Shown: positions 1 to 9,680, counted from the stretch's first letter. The stretch: DNA of 64,000 nt from Polyangiaceae bacterium (GCA_965222375.1 CBDCTZ010000016.1:352001-416000), one strand, 5' to 3'. Notes: a model not told the origin generated them from the letters alone. Translations and numbers: made by a program.

Positions 1-832
1 CTACGGCATGTGCACCTGGCCCTGCGAACCTGGCCAAGGCGTTTGCAACGCGGTGTCGGCGGGGTCGGGTTGCCACACCTTCGGCACGGCGCAGAGCTTC
101 TGTCTGCAACCTTGCAGCCTGTCTGCGTCGGGAAGCACCAAGTGCCATGGGCGCGTCGAGCAGGCCTGCGCGGATCTGGTCGACATGGGCGCGGGCGGGA
201 AGAAGACAATGTGCTTGCCCGCCTGCATTCAGGACACCGATTGCATTCCTCCGCCACCGCTGACTGACGCGGGCGCAGGCGATGCGAGTGCGCCGGATGG
301 CGGCCCGCCCGATGCAAGCAGCGGGTTTGGTCACTGCTCCATCGCCAGCGGGCTATGTCAGCCGGTGTCGCCGGGTTCATCCAGCATTGGCAAAGACTGC
401 TCGAGTTCGACCTGCAGCGACTCGGTGTGTACGCCCTTCAACTGGACCGCTCCACCGGATGCCGGCGTGGAAGCCGGACCCGGGTCGTCGATGGTCTGCT
501 CCGGAGGCTGCTCCCTCGGCAATCTATGCGGTTGGGACACCCAGGCGACGTTGGAGCCCCCCGCGGCGTGTCTGCTGCCTACGGATCCCCTCAACATTCA
601 GCTGGGCAACCTGGGGCAGTGCGTGCAGCTCTGCGGCTGCGGCAGCTCCTACTCGCCGGTATGCCCAACCGGTATGCAGTGCAACCGTTTCGACGCGAAG
701 TGGCTCAAGGGCACTCCGGTGGAAGCCGCGATCATCTCGCTCGGCCTGACCAACTTCGGCGCCGATGGCTACTGCGGTCCGCCGATTGACCCGTCGGGCA
801 AGCTGATCACGAGTGTGATGCAGGATTGCTGA
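1..832 (+). CDS. C-terminal part of a Cys-rich secreted/surface protein (5' truncated by window edge)
   Basis: Open frame from window start, many Cys-containing motifs and DAG-rich linkers typical of myxobacterial exported proteins. Confidence 0.7.
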   Translation, partial: YGMCTWPCEPGQGVCNAVSAGSGCHTFGTAQSFCLQPCSLSASGSTKCHGRVEQACADLVDMGAGGKKTMCLPACIQDTDCIPPPPLTDAGAGDASAPDGGPPDASSGFGHCSIASGLCQPVSPGSSSIGKDCSSSTCSDSVCTPFNWTAPPDAGVEAGPGSSMVCSGGCSLGNLCGWDTQATLEPPAACLLPTDPLNIQLGNLGQCVQLCGCGSSYSPVCPTGMQCNRFDAKWLKGTPVEAAIISLGLTNFGADGYCGPPIDPSGKLITSVMQDC

Positions 833-959
833 GCGGACCGCAACTCCGTACAGCCAGATCATGAGCACGGCGTCGTGTTGTTGATTTGAAACAGCAATCG
901 GTGATCAGCACGCTCATAGCTTCGTCGAACCCGTGTGGCGCGACGGAGCGGGGCGGCGG

Positions 960-1979
960 TCAGCTGCGGGCGAACATCGCTTGCATCCAGTAGGGGTAGA
1001 TGTTTGGCGGTGCGGTGAGCTTGGCGAGCTCGGCGAGCTCCTCCTCGGTCCACTCGACTTCGACGGCGACGAGGTTGTCCTCGAGCTGATCCATCCGCTT
1101 GGCCCCGATGATGACCGACGTGATGGCGGGCTGGCGGACCACCCAGGACAGAGCGAGGCGGGGAATGGTCGAGTCTTTCGCCTTGGCGAGGGCTTCGAGC
1201 TTGTCAACGACGTCGTAGCCTTTCTCCTTGTCGATGGGCGGAAAATCGAAGGTCGTGCGCCGCGATCCCTCCGGACTCTCTTGACCGCGCCGGTACTTGC
1301 CGGTGATGAATCCGCCGGCGAGCGGCGACCAAACCATGATGCCGAGGCCCTGGTCTTTGCACATCGGGATCAGATCCAGCTCGAGCTCGCGACCGAGCAG
1401 GGAGTAGTACGCCTGAAGCGAGACGAAGTGGGCGCCGGAGCCCGCGAGGCCGTTGGCTTTGGTGATCTGCCAGCCCGTGAGGTTGGAGCAGCCCACGTAT
1501 CGGACCTTGCCTTGGCGCACCAGATCCTCGAGGGCGCGCATGGTCTCCTCGAGGGGCGTTTTGGTGTCGGGCCCGTGGACTTGGTAGAGGTCTATGTGAT
1601 CCGTGCCGAGGCGCTGCAGGCTCGCCTCGCAGCCAGCGACGATGTGCTTGCGTGACAGACCGATGTTGTTCACGTCGCCGGTCCCGTCGCCGGCGGCCTC
1701 GCTCATGGGGCCGCGAACCTTCGTGGCGATGACGACCGAGTTCCGATCGACCCCGAGCTTCTTCAACGCACCACCGAGGAGCGACTCGGACTGCCCCATG
1801 CTGTAGATGTCGGCGGTGTCGAAGAAGTTGATGCCCCCATCGAGGGCACGCTTCACGAGCCCCGTGGCCCCGTCCTGCTCAACCTCGCCGATCCCGTAAA
1901 AGCCTTGCCCAAAAGTCATGCACCCAAGGCAGAGCTCGGAGACGCGAAGACCCGTGTTGCCCAGAAATCGATACTCCAT
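960..1979 (-). CDS. Aldo/keto reductase
   Basis: MEYRFLGNTGLRVSELCLGCMTFG, FFDTADIYS, SLQRLGTDHIDLYQVH, WSPLAGG motifs; AGGAGG SD upstream of ATG at 1979. Confidence 0.95.
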   Translation of the reverse strand: MEYRFLGNTGLRVSELCLGCMTFGQGFYGIGEVEQDGATGLVKRALDGGINFFDTADIYSMGQSESLLGGALKKLGVDRNSVVIATKVRGPMSEAAGDGTGDVNNIGLSRKHIVAGCEASLQRLGTDHIDLYQVHGPDTKTPLEETMRALEDLVRQGKVRYVGCSNLTGWQITKANGLAGSGAHFVSLQAYYSLLGRELELDLIPMCKDQGLGIMVWSPLAGGFITGKYRRGQESPEGSRRTTFDFPPIDKEKGYDVVDKLEALAKAKDSTIPRLALSWVVRQPAITSVIIGAKRMDQLEDNLVAVEVEWTEEELAELAKLTAPPNIYPYWMQAMFARS

Positions 1980-2125
1980 ATTGCCCTCCTGTTGGTGATG
2001 CGGGCGCGAAGCGTAAGGCAGAGGGGGACGCACCGCCATCCCCTGAGATCGGTCTTTGATGAGGCGATCTGGGCGGGCTGTGCTTGCGGTGATGTCGTCG
2101 CTGTGACGGTCTTGCTAGGACGGTC

Positions 2126-2153
2126 TTTACAAATGTACATCTAGATGTACATT
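2126..2153 (+). promoter_or_regulatory. TA promoter/operator: TTTACA-N16-TACATT overlapping perfect 22-bp palindrome AATGTACATCTAGATGTACATT
   Basis: Palindrome at 2132-2153 directly upstream of the Phd antitoxin; matches known autorepression of type II TA operons. Confidence 0.75.
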
Positions 2154-2159
2154 GGGAGC

Positions 2160-2438
2160 ATGGCAAAGAGTTACACGGTGGCCAGCGCTAGGGCGAAGTT
2201 GGCCAAGATCGTCGACGAAGTGGAGTCGGGGAAGGAAGTTGAGCTGACGCGGCGCGGGAAGAAGGTGGCTGTGGTGATGTCGGCCGCCAGGTACGCCCGT
2301 CTGCGCGGCGATCATGTGGCCTTCATGACAGCGTACGAGACCTTTTGCGAGGAGACCGACCTGAGCGAGGTGGGCGTTGAACCGGGGTGGGCGCGTGGTC
2401 TTCGCAGTCGCGACGCGGGGCGGACCGTCAAGCTGTGA
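2160..2438 (+). CDS. Phd/YefM family antitoxin
   Basis: YTVASARAKLAKIVDEVESGKEVELTRRGKKVAVV Phd signature; GTGA overlap with PIN toxin. Confidence 0.9.
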   Translation: MAKSYTVASARAKLAKIVDEVESGKEVELTRRGKKVAVVMSAARYARLRGDHVAFMTAYETFCEETDLSEVGVEPGWARGLRSRDAGRTVKL

Positions 2439-2857
2439 CCCGATTTCTTTTGGATACCAGCACGGTTTCTGCGGCTGTCTGGAAAACCCCGGACCGGGGC
2501 GTGCTCGAGCGGTTGACCGAGCACGGAGGCGAGTGCGCGACGTGTTCGCCGGTCTGGCATGAGCTGCAGTTTGGCGCGCGGCGACTTTCACGCGGGAAAC
2601 GTCGGGCTGCATTGGAGGCGTTTCTGGAGGAAGTCGTGCGTGCGACTCTGCCGATTCTGCCTTACGACGAGCGCGCAGCAGAGTGGCACGGCGCAGAGCG
2701 CGCGAGACTCGAACGCTCCGGCAAAAGGCCGCCATTCGTGGACGGCCAGATCGCCGCGATTGCTGTGACCTCGGGGATTCCGCTGATCACCGCGAATCCG
2801 GCAGACTTCAAATCCTTCAAGGGGCTCGTCGTTCAGAACTGGGTGGCCGGGCGATGA
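2435..2857 (+). CDS. vapC: VapC/PIN-domain toxin
   Basis: FLLDTSTVS...VWHEL...FVDGQIAAIA...LITANPADF PIN motifs. Confidence 0.9.
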   Translation: MTRFLLDTSTVSAAVWKTPDRGVLERLTEHGGECATCSPVWHELQFGARRLSRGKRRAALEAFLEEVVRATLPILPYDERAAEWHGAERARLERSGKRPPFVDGQIAAIAVTSGIPLITANPADFKSFKGLVVQNWVAGR

Positions 2858-2913
2858 CGGGCGACCGCTGAACGGTACGACTTCTTCCGCGGGACGTCTG
2901 CCGTATCCCCCGG

Positions 2914-3339
2914 TTACGCGGAGGCGTCGCCGAGCGGCTTGTCTGCGAACCACTTCACGAGCCGAGGCATCATGGTCTCGAAACCCGCGGGTATGTTGAT
3001 GCTGATGAATCGGCAGTTTTCCGCAGCAAAGTTCTGGAAGTCGTGGGATGTGCCGCCGGGGATCAAGGCATAGCTTCCGCGGGGAGCATCCGTTCGCTGG
3101 CCCTCGATGAACAGGCTGAGGGTGCCCTCCAGCACGTAGAAGATGTGGTCATCCGGATGCGAGTGAGCGCCCGGGCCCTCCGTTTGAGCGTCCAGCGACC
3201 ACTCGGAGATCGAGTACCGATTGTCAGTCTCATCGCCGTCCGCGAAAAACACGGCCCGCATGCGCCCCATGTCGTACTCGCGCCCTTCGTCCGGCCTGAC
3301 GACTAGCGGCTTCCGATCACTATCTCCTGAACTGGTCAC
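2914..3339 (-). CDS. Cupin domain protein
   Basis: PGAHSHPDDHIFYVLEG...IPGGTSHDF cupin motifs. Confidence 0.85.
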   Translation of the reverse strand: MTSSGDSDRKPLVVRPDEGREYDMGRMRAVFFADGDETDNRYSISEWSLDAQTEGPGAHSHPDDHIFYVLEGTLSLFIEGQRTDAPRGSYALIPGGTSHDFQNFAAENCRFISINIPAGFETMMPRLVKWFADKPLGDASA

Positions 3340-3932
3340 GCACGTTTCCCTTCATCGGACACTACACGAGCTAGGATCTGTTCGACCACCTCAGACTTCG
3401 CGTCGGCGTAGTTCTGCACGTGCTTCCAGCGCTGGGCTGCGAGCTCGCGCTTGGTTCGTTCGTAGAGCTCGCGGTCCTCGGTGTGGGTTCGCAGCCAGTC
3501 GCGAAACCCGATCATGCGGTCGATCTCGATGCACCCCGCGGAGAAGACGTGGAGGTTCACGTCTGTGTCCGACCCCTTGAATACGCGGTGCTCGTACCAC
3601 TCAGGTTCCCGGATCCGGAGGGTGTACCCCGCGGACTGCAGCGCCGGCACGTACCTCGGCTCGTTAGACGAGTCCTCGACAACCAAGAGAATGTCGATGC
3701 GCGGCTTTGCCGCAAGCCCGGGCACTGCAGTCGACCCGACGTGTTCCAGACACACGACGCTTTCGCCCAGCACATGCCGGATGCGCTCCGCTTCGCGAGC
3801 GAACAAGTCTGACCATGACGGATCATGGTCCACGATCAGAATGGACTCGTTGTGTGGCTCGAGCTCGCCAACCGTGTACGCGGCGATCTCTGCGTCGGTC
3901 GTGGGCTTGCGGCTGGGGGCGGAGGAGGACAT
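3336..3932 (-). CDS. GrpB family (nucleotidyltransferase-like) protein
   Basis: EHVGSTAVPGLAAKPRIDI...NLHV...FRDWLR...YADAKS signature. Confidence 0.9.
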   Translation of the reverse strand: MSSSAPSRKPTTDAEIAAYTVGELEPHNESILIVDHDPSWSDLFAREAERIRHVLGESVVCLEHVGSTAVPGLAAKPRIDILLVVEDSSNEPRYVPALQSAGYTLRIREPEWYEHRVFKGSDTDVNLHVFSAGCIEIDRMIGFRDWLRTHTEDRELYERTKRELAAQRWKHVQNYADAKSEVVEQILARVVSDEGKRA

Positions 3933-4634
3933 GTTCCTTCATGAGATCCGGTTGACGTCCTGACGGCAAGACGCGCCACACGTTCGGCCGGTACCGCTCG
4001 ATCTCGGCAACCCGTCCTTGTACGATACTTGGAGGTCACTGAGAAGGAGAACACGACGGCCATGCCAGCACACAGTCCAGACGGGTATTTCGGTGGCTCC
4101 TTGCGGAGTCGGACACGCTAGTGGCCATTCCGGGGTGGCCACCGTGAACGAGGTCGACGACGGCACCGCCCCGAGAGGTTCGCACCGTTTGAGCGTTTTC
4201 TTCGAAACGTGCCAACCAGCCTTCGCTGGTGCTTTGCACGCCGTCGAGGGAATCGCGCGCGCCACTCGTCAAGACCTTGAAGCAGGCCGCGTTGATCACG
4301 AATTGCTCAGGCGTCTATACGGGGACTATGAACCGCTGAACAATCTCGACGCTTTCATCAAGGCCGCGGAGCAGCTGTTCCCCGTGGGAAACTGCGGGAT
4401 CGCGTCGCTTCTGTTGCGAGAGAGATTGGGCCGAGGGCGGGTTCACACGGGAAGCTATGATGGTCACTGCACACGTTCCTCGTGCTCGCAGCGAAGATCG
4501 CGGTTGACATCACCGCCGATCAGTTCGGCGGGCCCCAAGTGTACGTTGGGCCTGTTCGTTTGCCATGGACCCACGAGCCGCCGAAAAATTCGTCGCACTT
4601 GGCAACAGGCAATGGGCCGACAAGGCCGCCAGTG

Positions 4635-4730
4635 CCTGCGCAAGGCCGAAGGGAACCCCTGAAAGGGGCAGGGCGGAACGGACACCAGGATGGAAAGCCG
4701 GTCGTCGCCTGCAGCAACGTCCTGTTAGGT
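4635..4730 (-). repeat. Truncated, degenerate attC (R''/L'' half, long class)
   Basis: Retains CCGAAGGGAACCCCTGAAAGGGGCAGGGCGGAACGGAC and CAACGTCCTGTTAGG; R' half missing. Confidence 0.8.
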
Positions 4731-4792
4731 GGTTCCCAGTGGCACTGCACGCAGGTCCACGTGTCGCCCGGTGTCAGGCGCAATCCGGACGT

Positions 4793-4843
4793 GCGGTATT
4801 CACTCGAGACGTGCACGGCGCGGTATTCACTCGAGACGTGCAC
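4793..4843. repeat. Tandem duplication, 27-bp period (GCGGTATTCACTCGAGACGTGCAC x2)
   Basis: Seen directly. Confidence 0.85.
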
Positions 4844-4916
4844 CGCGGGGTCCGCGCGGAGTAGGCTTTCGCCATGTTTCACCCGGGAGCCTGATCGCTC
4901 AGCGCCTCGGTCGACG

Positions 4917-5201
4917 TTAGAGCAGTGACTCGAGTTCGCGTCGCACCTCAGACCAGGGGCGTGCGGTATCAGGGTTCGCCTTGTGGGCGTGGAGGCGTCG
5001 GCGAACCAGGGCACGCTGGGCATCAGTGACTTCGAGTTCACCGGAATCGATCCTGTCAGCCAGGACACTAGATGCCAGTGTGCAAGCGAGCCGCACCGCT
5101 TCGTCTTGTGAGTCTCCGTAGACGACTACTCCAGGCAGTTCGGAGATCTCAGCCAACCAGCGCCCGTCCGCCTCCTGCTCGAGTGCGACAGTGAGTTTCA
5201 T
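4917..5201 (-). CDS. HicB-like antitoxin fused to addiction-module (TIGR02574-like) C-terminus
   Basis: LEQEADGRWLAEISELPGVVVYGDSQDEA (HicB N-terminus) followed by TDAQRALVRRRLHAHKANPDTARPWSEVR. Confidence 0.7.
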   Translation of the reverse strand: MKLTVALEQEADGRWLAEISELPGVVVYGDSQDEAVRLACTLASSVLADRIDSGELEVTDAQRALVRRRLHAHKANPDTARPWSEVRRELESLL

Positions 5202-5434
5202 CGTTTCAGGCCGACTAGGCTTGCACGGGCTTGTTCAAGGGCCTGCTCGGTAGAGATCGTGTGAGCCGTGCCATTGCGAAGTCGCTCAATTCGTCGTGCG
5301 ACCTCGTGTGCCCAGGCGTCTTCTGAGTTGTTCTTCGCGTCTTCGAGAGTCTGCGCAAGGCGAAGCGCGAGACGGGCACGCTCGTCCTCAGGAAGCCCAT
5401 GCGCTTCGGGGAGAAAGGAGTCTGACGAACGCAT
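5198..5434 (-). CDS. Addiction-module antitoxin protein
   Basis: LPEDERARLALRL...AWAHEVARRIERL motif; ATGA overlap with downstream gene. Confidence 0.7.
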   Translation of the reverse strand: MRSSDSFLPEAHGLPEDERARLALRLAQTLEDAKNNSEDAWAHEVARRIERLRNGTAHTISTEQALEQARASLVGLKR

Positions 5435-5504
5435 GTCGAGGTTGTAACACCACGGCTATGCAAACGCACGAGTGCTCGGTTTTCCGACGGCGGCGTGATG
5501 TCGC

Positions 5505-5598
5505 TCTGGAAGAGGTCGACCGACAGGGCGGCGTGACCGATCCGTCCGGCAACATCTGGTGGATCTCGACGCGGGTGGTCCAAGAGCCGTACGACTGA
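5505..5598 (+). pseudogene. C-terminal fragment of a VOC/glyoxalase (PhnB-like) gene
   Basis: DRQGGVTDPSGNIWWIST motif with no recognisable N-terminal part; left boundary approximate. Confidence 0.5.
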
Positions 5599-5642
5599 GG
5601 TGAGTGCGAGGCGCTCGACCAGGTTGCTCGGAGAGCCTCGGA

Positions 5643-6333
5643 CTAGCTCGAGCACCGGTCATCTGGACGGGAGGGAACCAAATGGCATCGCCGTCCGGAC
5701 CGGTAATACCCCAGCTTCTCCGCGACTCGGAGAGACGCCCAGTTGTCCTCCGCACAACTCCAAACAGCTGTCTTTCCGCGCTCGAACACACGCCGGAGAA
5801 CCACTCGCGCTGCGGCCTCAGCAAAACCCCGATTCCGGTACTCCTCCTTGGTAGTGTCAGCGGGCATCCGAAAGGGCGTCTAAGCGGGCGGCATGGCGAA
5901 GGTGCCCAGATTTGCGCGTGAGTGATGCCCAGATTTGCGCCTTCGGATGAGCGCGTGAAATTGGGCCTGGTGGGAACGACGCAAGTTCGAGGTAAACGTC
6001 ACCGATTACCCTTGGCTCCGAACCAAGCGCGCAGCGCACGTGATCCGCAACGTCCGCGGCTGCCTCCTCCGGAACGTTGAGACAACCCCACCCCGGAGCC
6101 ACCTGGGCAAGGGACCAGATTGTGTCGGCAGTGCCGAATGCGAACGGCTCGTCCGGGTACGGTCCGGGCCGGATGAAGCAGCCCAAGAGCTCCCCGCTCC
6201 CCCCGCGCACCGTCCAGGCCTCACAGATTCCACGCTGTAACAGGTGGACCGCCGCAGCCGTCCACGGCGACTCACCCAGTTCGGCAGCCAATGCCGTAAA
6301 CGCTGCTCGCGGCAACTTTGTCGGCCTAGCCAT
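5643..6333 (-). pseudogene. Disrupted GNAT acetyltransferase cassette
   Basis: Split over two frames (5857-6333 and 5643-5867); the second carries EEYRNRGFAEAAA...NWASLRVAEKLGY; 15-bp local duplication TGCCCAGATTTGCGC at 5903 and 5926. Confidence 0.65.
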
Positions 6334-6364
6334 GGCGACGCTGTCTCAGAAACGTGCGAGACCC

Positions 6365-6419
6365 ACCTGACGCGCTGCCGCTCATCTGCGGATCCGTCAC
6401 CTGCAGCGGCTTGTTTGGC
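6365..6419 (-). repeat. Short divergent attC (55 bp)
   Basis: Minus strand GCCAAAC-AAGCCG-CTGCAGGTGAC...GATGAGC-GGCAGCGC-GTCAGGT between two cassette-like genes; R' is GTC rather than GTT. Confidence 0.6.
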
Positions 6420-6474
6420 CGACACTTCGCCACCAACTCAACTACTCCCGTCCCAACCCCTCGCCTCCGAAACA

Positions 6475-7083
6475 CTACAAGTTCCTTGTCATGCGCACGA
6501 ACACCGTCGGCAGCAACTTGGACGCCGGCCAGCGCGAGGACTCGACCATCCCGCGACGCGCGTACAGCTTGCGCGCACCCTTGTTCTTCGCCGCGACATC
6601 CAGACAGAGCCGGGCTGATCCGGTGGCCCTGGCGCGTTCTTCCGCGTCGGCCATCAGAAGCGAGCCAATCCCGGCCCCACGCAAATTCGGCTCCACAGCC
6701 ATTCCCTGGATATAGAAATCTCCCTCGGCAAAAGTGTTCAAGATGCGCCAGAGCGGCCCCAGAAGTGTCCGCACGCACCCCATGCGGAACGCGCTGCGGC
6801 CGGCGGCACGCCTCAGGGGCTCCTCGCTGAAGCTGCGGTGCTGTGCGCCAGTGAACGCGGAGTTCATGCCGACAACCACACCATCGCGCTCGGCAAACAG
6901 CACGTGCTCGAACGAAAGCGAATGTCCGGGCTCGGAGAAGGCACTGGCGATGATCCGTTCCGCGTTTCGGCCGAGCATGAAGCCGAAGAAACTCTCGGCC
7001 GCCTGATCCATGTAGCGAGCGAAGAGCAGCCCTTCATCATGGTCCGGTGTCGCGGGACGTATCAGCACGGAGGCACTTCGCAT
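6475..7083 (-). CDS. GNAT acetyltransferase (cassette)
   Basis: IQGMAVEPNLRGAGIGSLL...NKGARKLYARRG. Confidence 0.85.
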   Translation of the reverse strand: MRSASVLIRPATPDHDEGLLFARYMDQAAESFFGFMLGRNAERIIASAFSEPGHSLSFEHVLFAERDGVVVGMNSAFTGAQHRSFSEEPLRRAAGRSAFRMGCVRTLLGPLWRILNTFAEGDFYIQGMAVEPNLRGAGIGSLLMADAEERARATGSARLCLDVAAKNKGARKLYARRGMVESSRWPASKLLPTVFVRMTRNL

Positions 7084-7160
7084 CTCTGTCCGCTCCTACC
7101 CTGATACACAGGTGCTCGGAAGCCCGCACCCGGTCATCAGCTGATAGAGCTTGTTCGTCC

Positions 7161-7240
7161 GCCTAACAATTGAGGCGTTCAGCAGCGAACGCCGAACAAC
7201 ATACGCAGACTCTATCACGCTGCAGGCGCAGAATTGCGCC
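7161..7240 (-). repeat. Truncated attC (L'/R' half)
   Basis: GCCTAACAATTGAGGCGTTCAGCAGCGAACGCC on + strand; similarity ends at about 7240. Confidence 0.85.
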
Positions 7241-7278
7241 GCGGTGGCGGTGTGCAAGGAAAATCCGCCGCCGTTCGT

Positions 7279-7698
7279 TCATCGCGCGTTCCTGATCGGG
7301 AGGCGGTCCCAAACGATGCGCGGCGCCAGGCTCCCATCCGGCACGGCCCGCACGGGCACGATGGCGCCCACTGGAAGCGTATCCGGCCATCCGCCACGCG
7401 GCGTGACCCGTATTTTCGAGATGTTGGGTTCGCAACCCGGGATCTCGACACGCAGCTCGAGCTCGACACTGACGTTCTTGTCACGGGACATCGCATCGGT
7501 ACAGTCGATGATTGAGAGGATCGTTGCCTGGCCCGGTACCGCCAACGCTTCGAAGCGGCGGTCGAGGAACCGGTTGGAGATGAGAAAGAGAACGACGGTG
7601 GGCACCATCAATGCGATGAACGCAACCGCGCCGCTGCCGCCGCCGTACACAGATTCGACGACCCCGCTTGCCACACAGCTCGCCAGCGCCGCGGCCAA
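7279..7698 (-). CDS. Hypothetical membrane-anchored protein (possibly 5' truncated)
   Basis: Hydrophobic segment followed by a beta-rich domain; no family recognised. Confidence 0.5.
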   Translation of the reverse strand: MAAALASCVASGVVESVYGGGSGAVAFIALMVPTVVLFLISNRFLDRRFEALAVPGQATILSIIDCTDAMSRDKNVSVELELRVEIPGCEPNISKIRVTPRGGWPDTLPVGAIVPVRAVPDGSLAPRIVWDRLPIRNAR

Positions 7699-8090
7699 GA
7701 CGACCTAGTCCAAAGCTCCACGGTCCGAGCTGATGGCACGTCTGCGGGGTCGGAGGTGTCGACCTTGCGTGCCGCCTGCCAATCGCGGCGCGGATCCACC
7801 GGCAAGAGGCGAACAGCCGCGTGGCGCCAGTGCAACGAAGGTCCGACAGCGCCCAGGCCCTCCACTGGCAGCGTAGCCGCGCGTTGTCGGGCTTCCTGAC
7901 AAGCTACGAGGACCTGAGCACCGCGGCCGGCGGACGGTTTCCACGTCATTGCCACAACCGACGTCGCGGAGCGTCTCGTCACGTCGCGGTAGGCCGCGTG
8001 GTCCTCGCCCGCAGGCACCGCCCGGTCTCACGCAAGCAATTGGTTTGACCGAACTAGCGGTTGATGCTCGGTTGCTTGCGGCGGTTCACT

Positions 8091-8150
8091 TTGCGGAGGA
8101 GCAGGGATTCGACCCCTGGGTGCCCTTTCGGGCGCGCGGTTTTCGAAACC
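8091..8150 (-). pseudogene. 3' fragment of tRNA-Ser(CGA)
   Basis: Minus strand GGT-TTCGAAA-ACCGC, long variable arm GCGCCCGAAAGGGCAC, T arm CAGGG-GTCGAAT-CCCTG, acceptor 3' strand CTCCTCC-G-CAA; D arm and 5' acceptor strand absent. Confidence 0.75.
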
Positions 8151-8316
8151 CAAAATTCTACCACGCTGCAGGCGCAGGGTTGCGCCGACCGCAGCGAAGG
8201 CTGCTCGGCGCAAGAACCCTGCGCGAGACCGAAGGGAACCCCTGGAAGGGGCAGGGCGGGACGGCCGCTATCCACTCAGAAAGCCGGCGGTCGTCTGCTG
8301 CAACGTCCTGTTAGGC
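8148..8316 (-). repeat. Truncated attC (long class, R' end replaced by tRNA fragment)
   Basis: Internal hairpin, 26-bp insert and CTGCTGCAACGTCCTGTTAGGC end present. Confidence 0.85.
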
Positions 8317-8844
8317 CGCCTTCGTGTCGATCCAGTATCGTCGTTTTGGTGTTTCGAGGTCGGGAGCGACGACGACGTTTTCGAGAACGCCGCCGTTCTT
8401 TTCGATAGCTCGGATGGACCCGATATTGTCGTCATCACACGTCACCAGCACGCGTTCGATACCAAGGTGATCGCGGGCGATGTCCATGGACAACCGGAGA
8501 ATTGTGGTCGCGTAACCTTGCCGACGAAACTCCGGCACGACGACGAAGCCAATGTGGCCCCCTACGCGAAGCAGAATCTCATTCAGTGAATGTCGGATCG
8601 ACGTACGGCCGACGATTCTTGCTCCGGCGAAAGCGAAGAGGAACGTCGATGGAACGTGATTCTGCGATGGTAGTCCGACGCCTCGCGCCCGCTCCGCGAG
8701 AATTTGGAGGTACCTCCGGAAAGGCACGCCCGGTTCATGGTAGTGCAAGAACTCCGGGAAGGTGGGCGATGTCGCCTTGTGAGCTCTGATGAACTCGTCC
8801 TCCTCGTCTTCCGTGGGATGTCTGAGCGTCAGCTCGCGCCGCAT
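8311..8844 (-). CDS. GNAT acetyltransferase (cassette)
   Basis: GGHIGFVVVPEFRRQGYAT...VTCDDDNIGSIRAIEKNGG; stop TAA lies in attC R''. Confidence 0.9.
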   Translation of the reverse strand: MRRELTLRHPTEDEEDEFIRAHKATSPTFPEFLHYHEPGVPFRRYLQILAERARGVGLPSQNHVPSTFLFAFAGARIVGRTSIRHSLNEILLRVGGHIGFVVVPEFRRQGYATTILRLSMDIARDHLGIERVLVTCDDDNIGSIRAIEKNGGVLENVVVAPDLETPKRRYWIDTKAA

Positions 8845-8870
8845 TCTCACCTGAGCTTGGAGAGTTGTAG

Positions 8871-9078
8871 ACCTAGCAATTGAGGCGTTCAGGAACGCCG
8901 CGAACAGCCTCACCCAAGACTACCACGCTGCAGGCGCAGGGTTGCGCCGCACGTGTCGAAGGGTGCTCGGCGCAAGAACCCTGCGCGAGACCGAAGGGAA
9001 CCCCTGGAAGGGGCAGGGCGGAACGAACGCCATCCAGTCAGAAAGCCGGCGATCGTCTGCTGCAACGTCGTGTTAGAC
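8871..9078 (-). repeat. attC, long class (208 bp), degenerate R' (GCTAGGT)
   Basis: Homologous to the array attC consensus with mutated core and L' box. Confidence 0.85.
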
Positions 9079-9088
9079 AGCTCTGTTG

Positions 9089-9463
9089 TCAGGGTGCGAG
9101 CTTGAATTCGACGTTTTCTCGAGTGACGTGGCACTCGTCGCTATCGTCAACAACGACGGTCTTCTTGGCGGTCTGGTATCCAGGCGCGGATACAGTAACC
9201 TCGTACGTTCCAAGTCGCTCACCGACGCCGAAGCAAGTGCAGTCGGTAGCGGCGGAGCACTGGAGAGCCTCCTGGAACTGCCCGTCCTGCGCGACGACGG
9301 ATGCGTTGCAAATCCGCTCTCCGGTTGCCTCGTCGCGAACGGTGACGTTGATGGAGTAGTGGAGACTAGCGTCGCAGGACTTACTGCTGCTGCAGTTTGG
9401 AAGGACGGCTAGCAGGGTCGGGCCGAGTAGTAACCACAAGAATCGACTGGAGGAAGCACGCAT
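9089..9463 (-). CDS. Secreted protein/lipoprotein with carboxypeptidase-regulatory/PEGA-like domain (cassette)
   Basis: Signal peptide ending in Cys; GTYEVTVSAPGYQT motif; ATG 4 nt after R'. Confidence 0.75.
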   Translation of the reverse strand: MRASSSRFLWLLLGPTLLAVLPNCSSSKSCDASLHYSINVTVRDEATGERICNASVVAQDGQFQEALQCSAATDCTCFGVGERLGTYEVTVSAPGYQTAKKTVVVDDSDECHVTRENVEFKLAP

Positions 9464-9467
9464 GTCT

Positions 9468-9680
9468 GTCTAACGATTGAGGCGTTCAGCAGCGAACGCC
9501 AGCAACAGCATACACAAAAACCCACCACGCTGCAGGCGCAGGGTTGCGCCGAAGGCAGCGAAGGCTGCTCGGCGCAAGAACCCGGCGCGAGACCGAAGGG
9601 AACCCCTGGAAGGGGCAGGGCGGAACGGACGCCATCCAGTCAGCAAGCCTGCGGTCGTCTGCTGCAACGTCTTGTTAGGC
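9468..9680 (-). repeat. attC, long class (213 bp)
   Basis: GTCTAAC...GTTAGGC termini on + strand, conserved L boxes. Confidence 0.92.

Noticed and set aside
8091..8150. Functional tRNA gene
   Set aside because: 5' third missing, T-loop GTCGAAT and CAA end; kept only as a fragment
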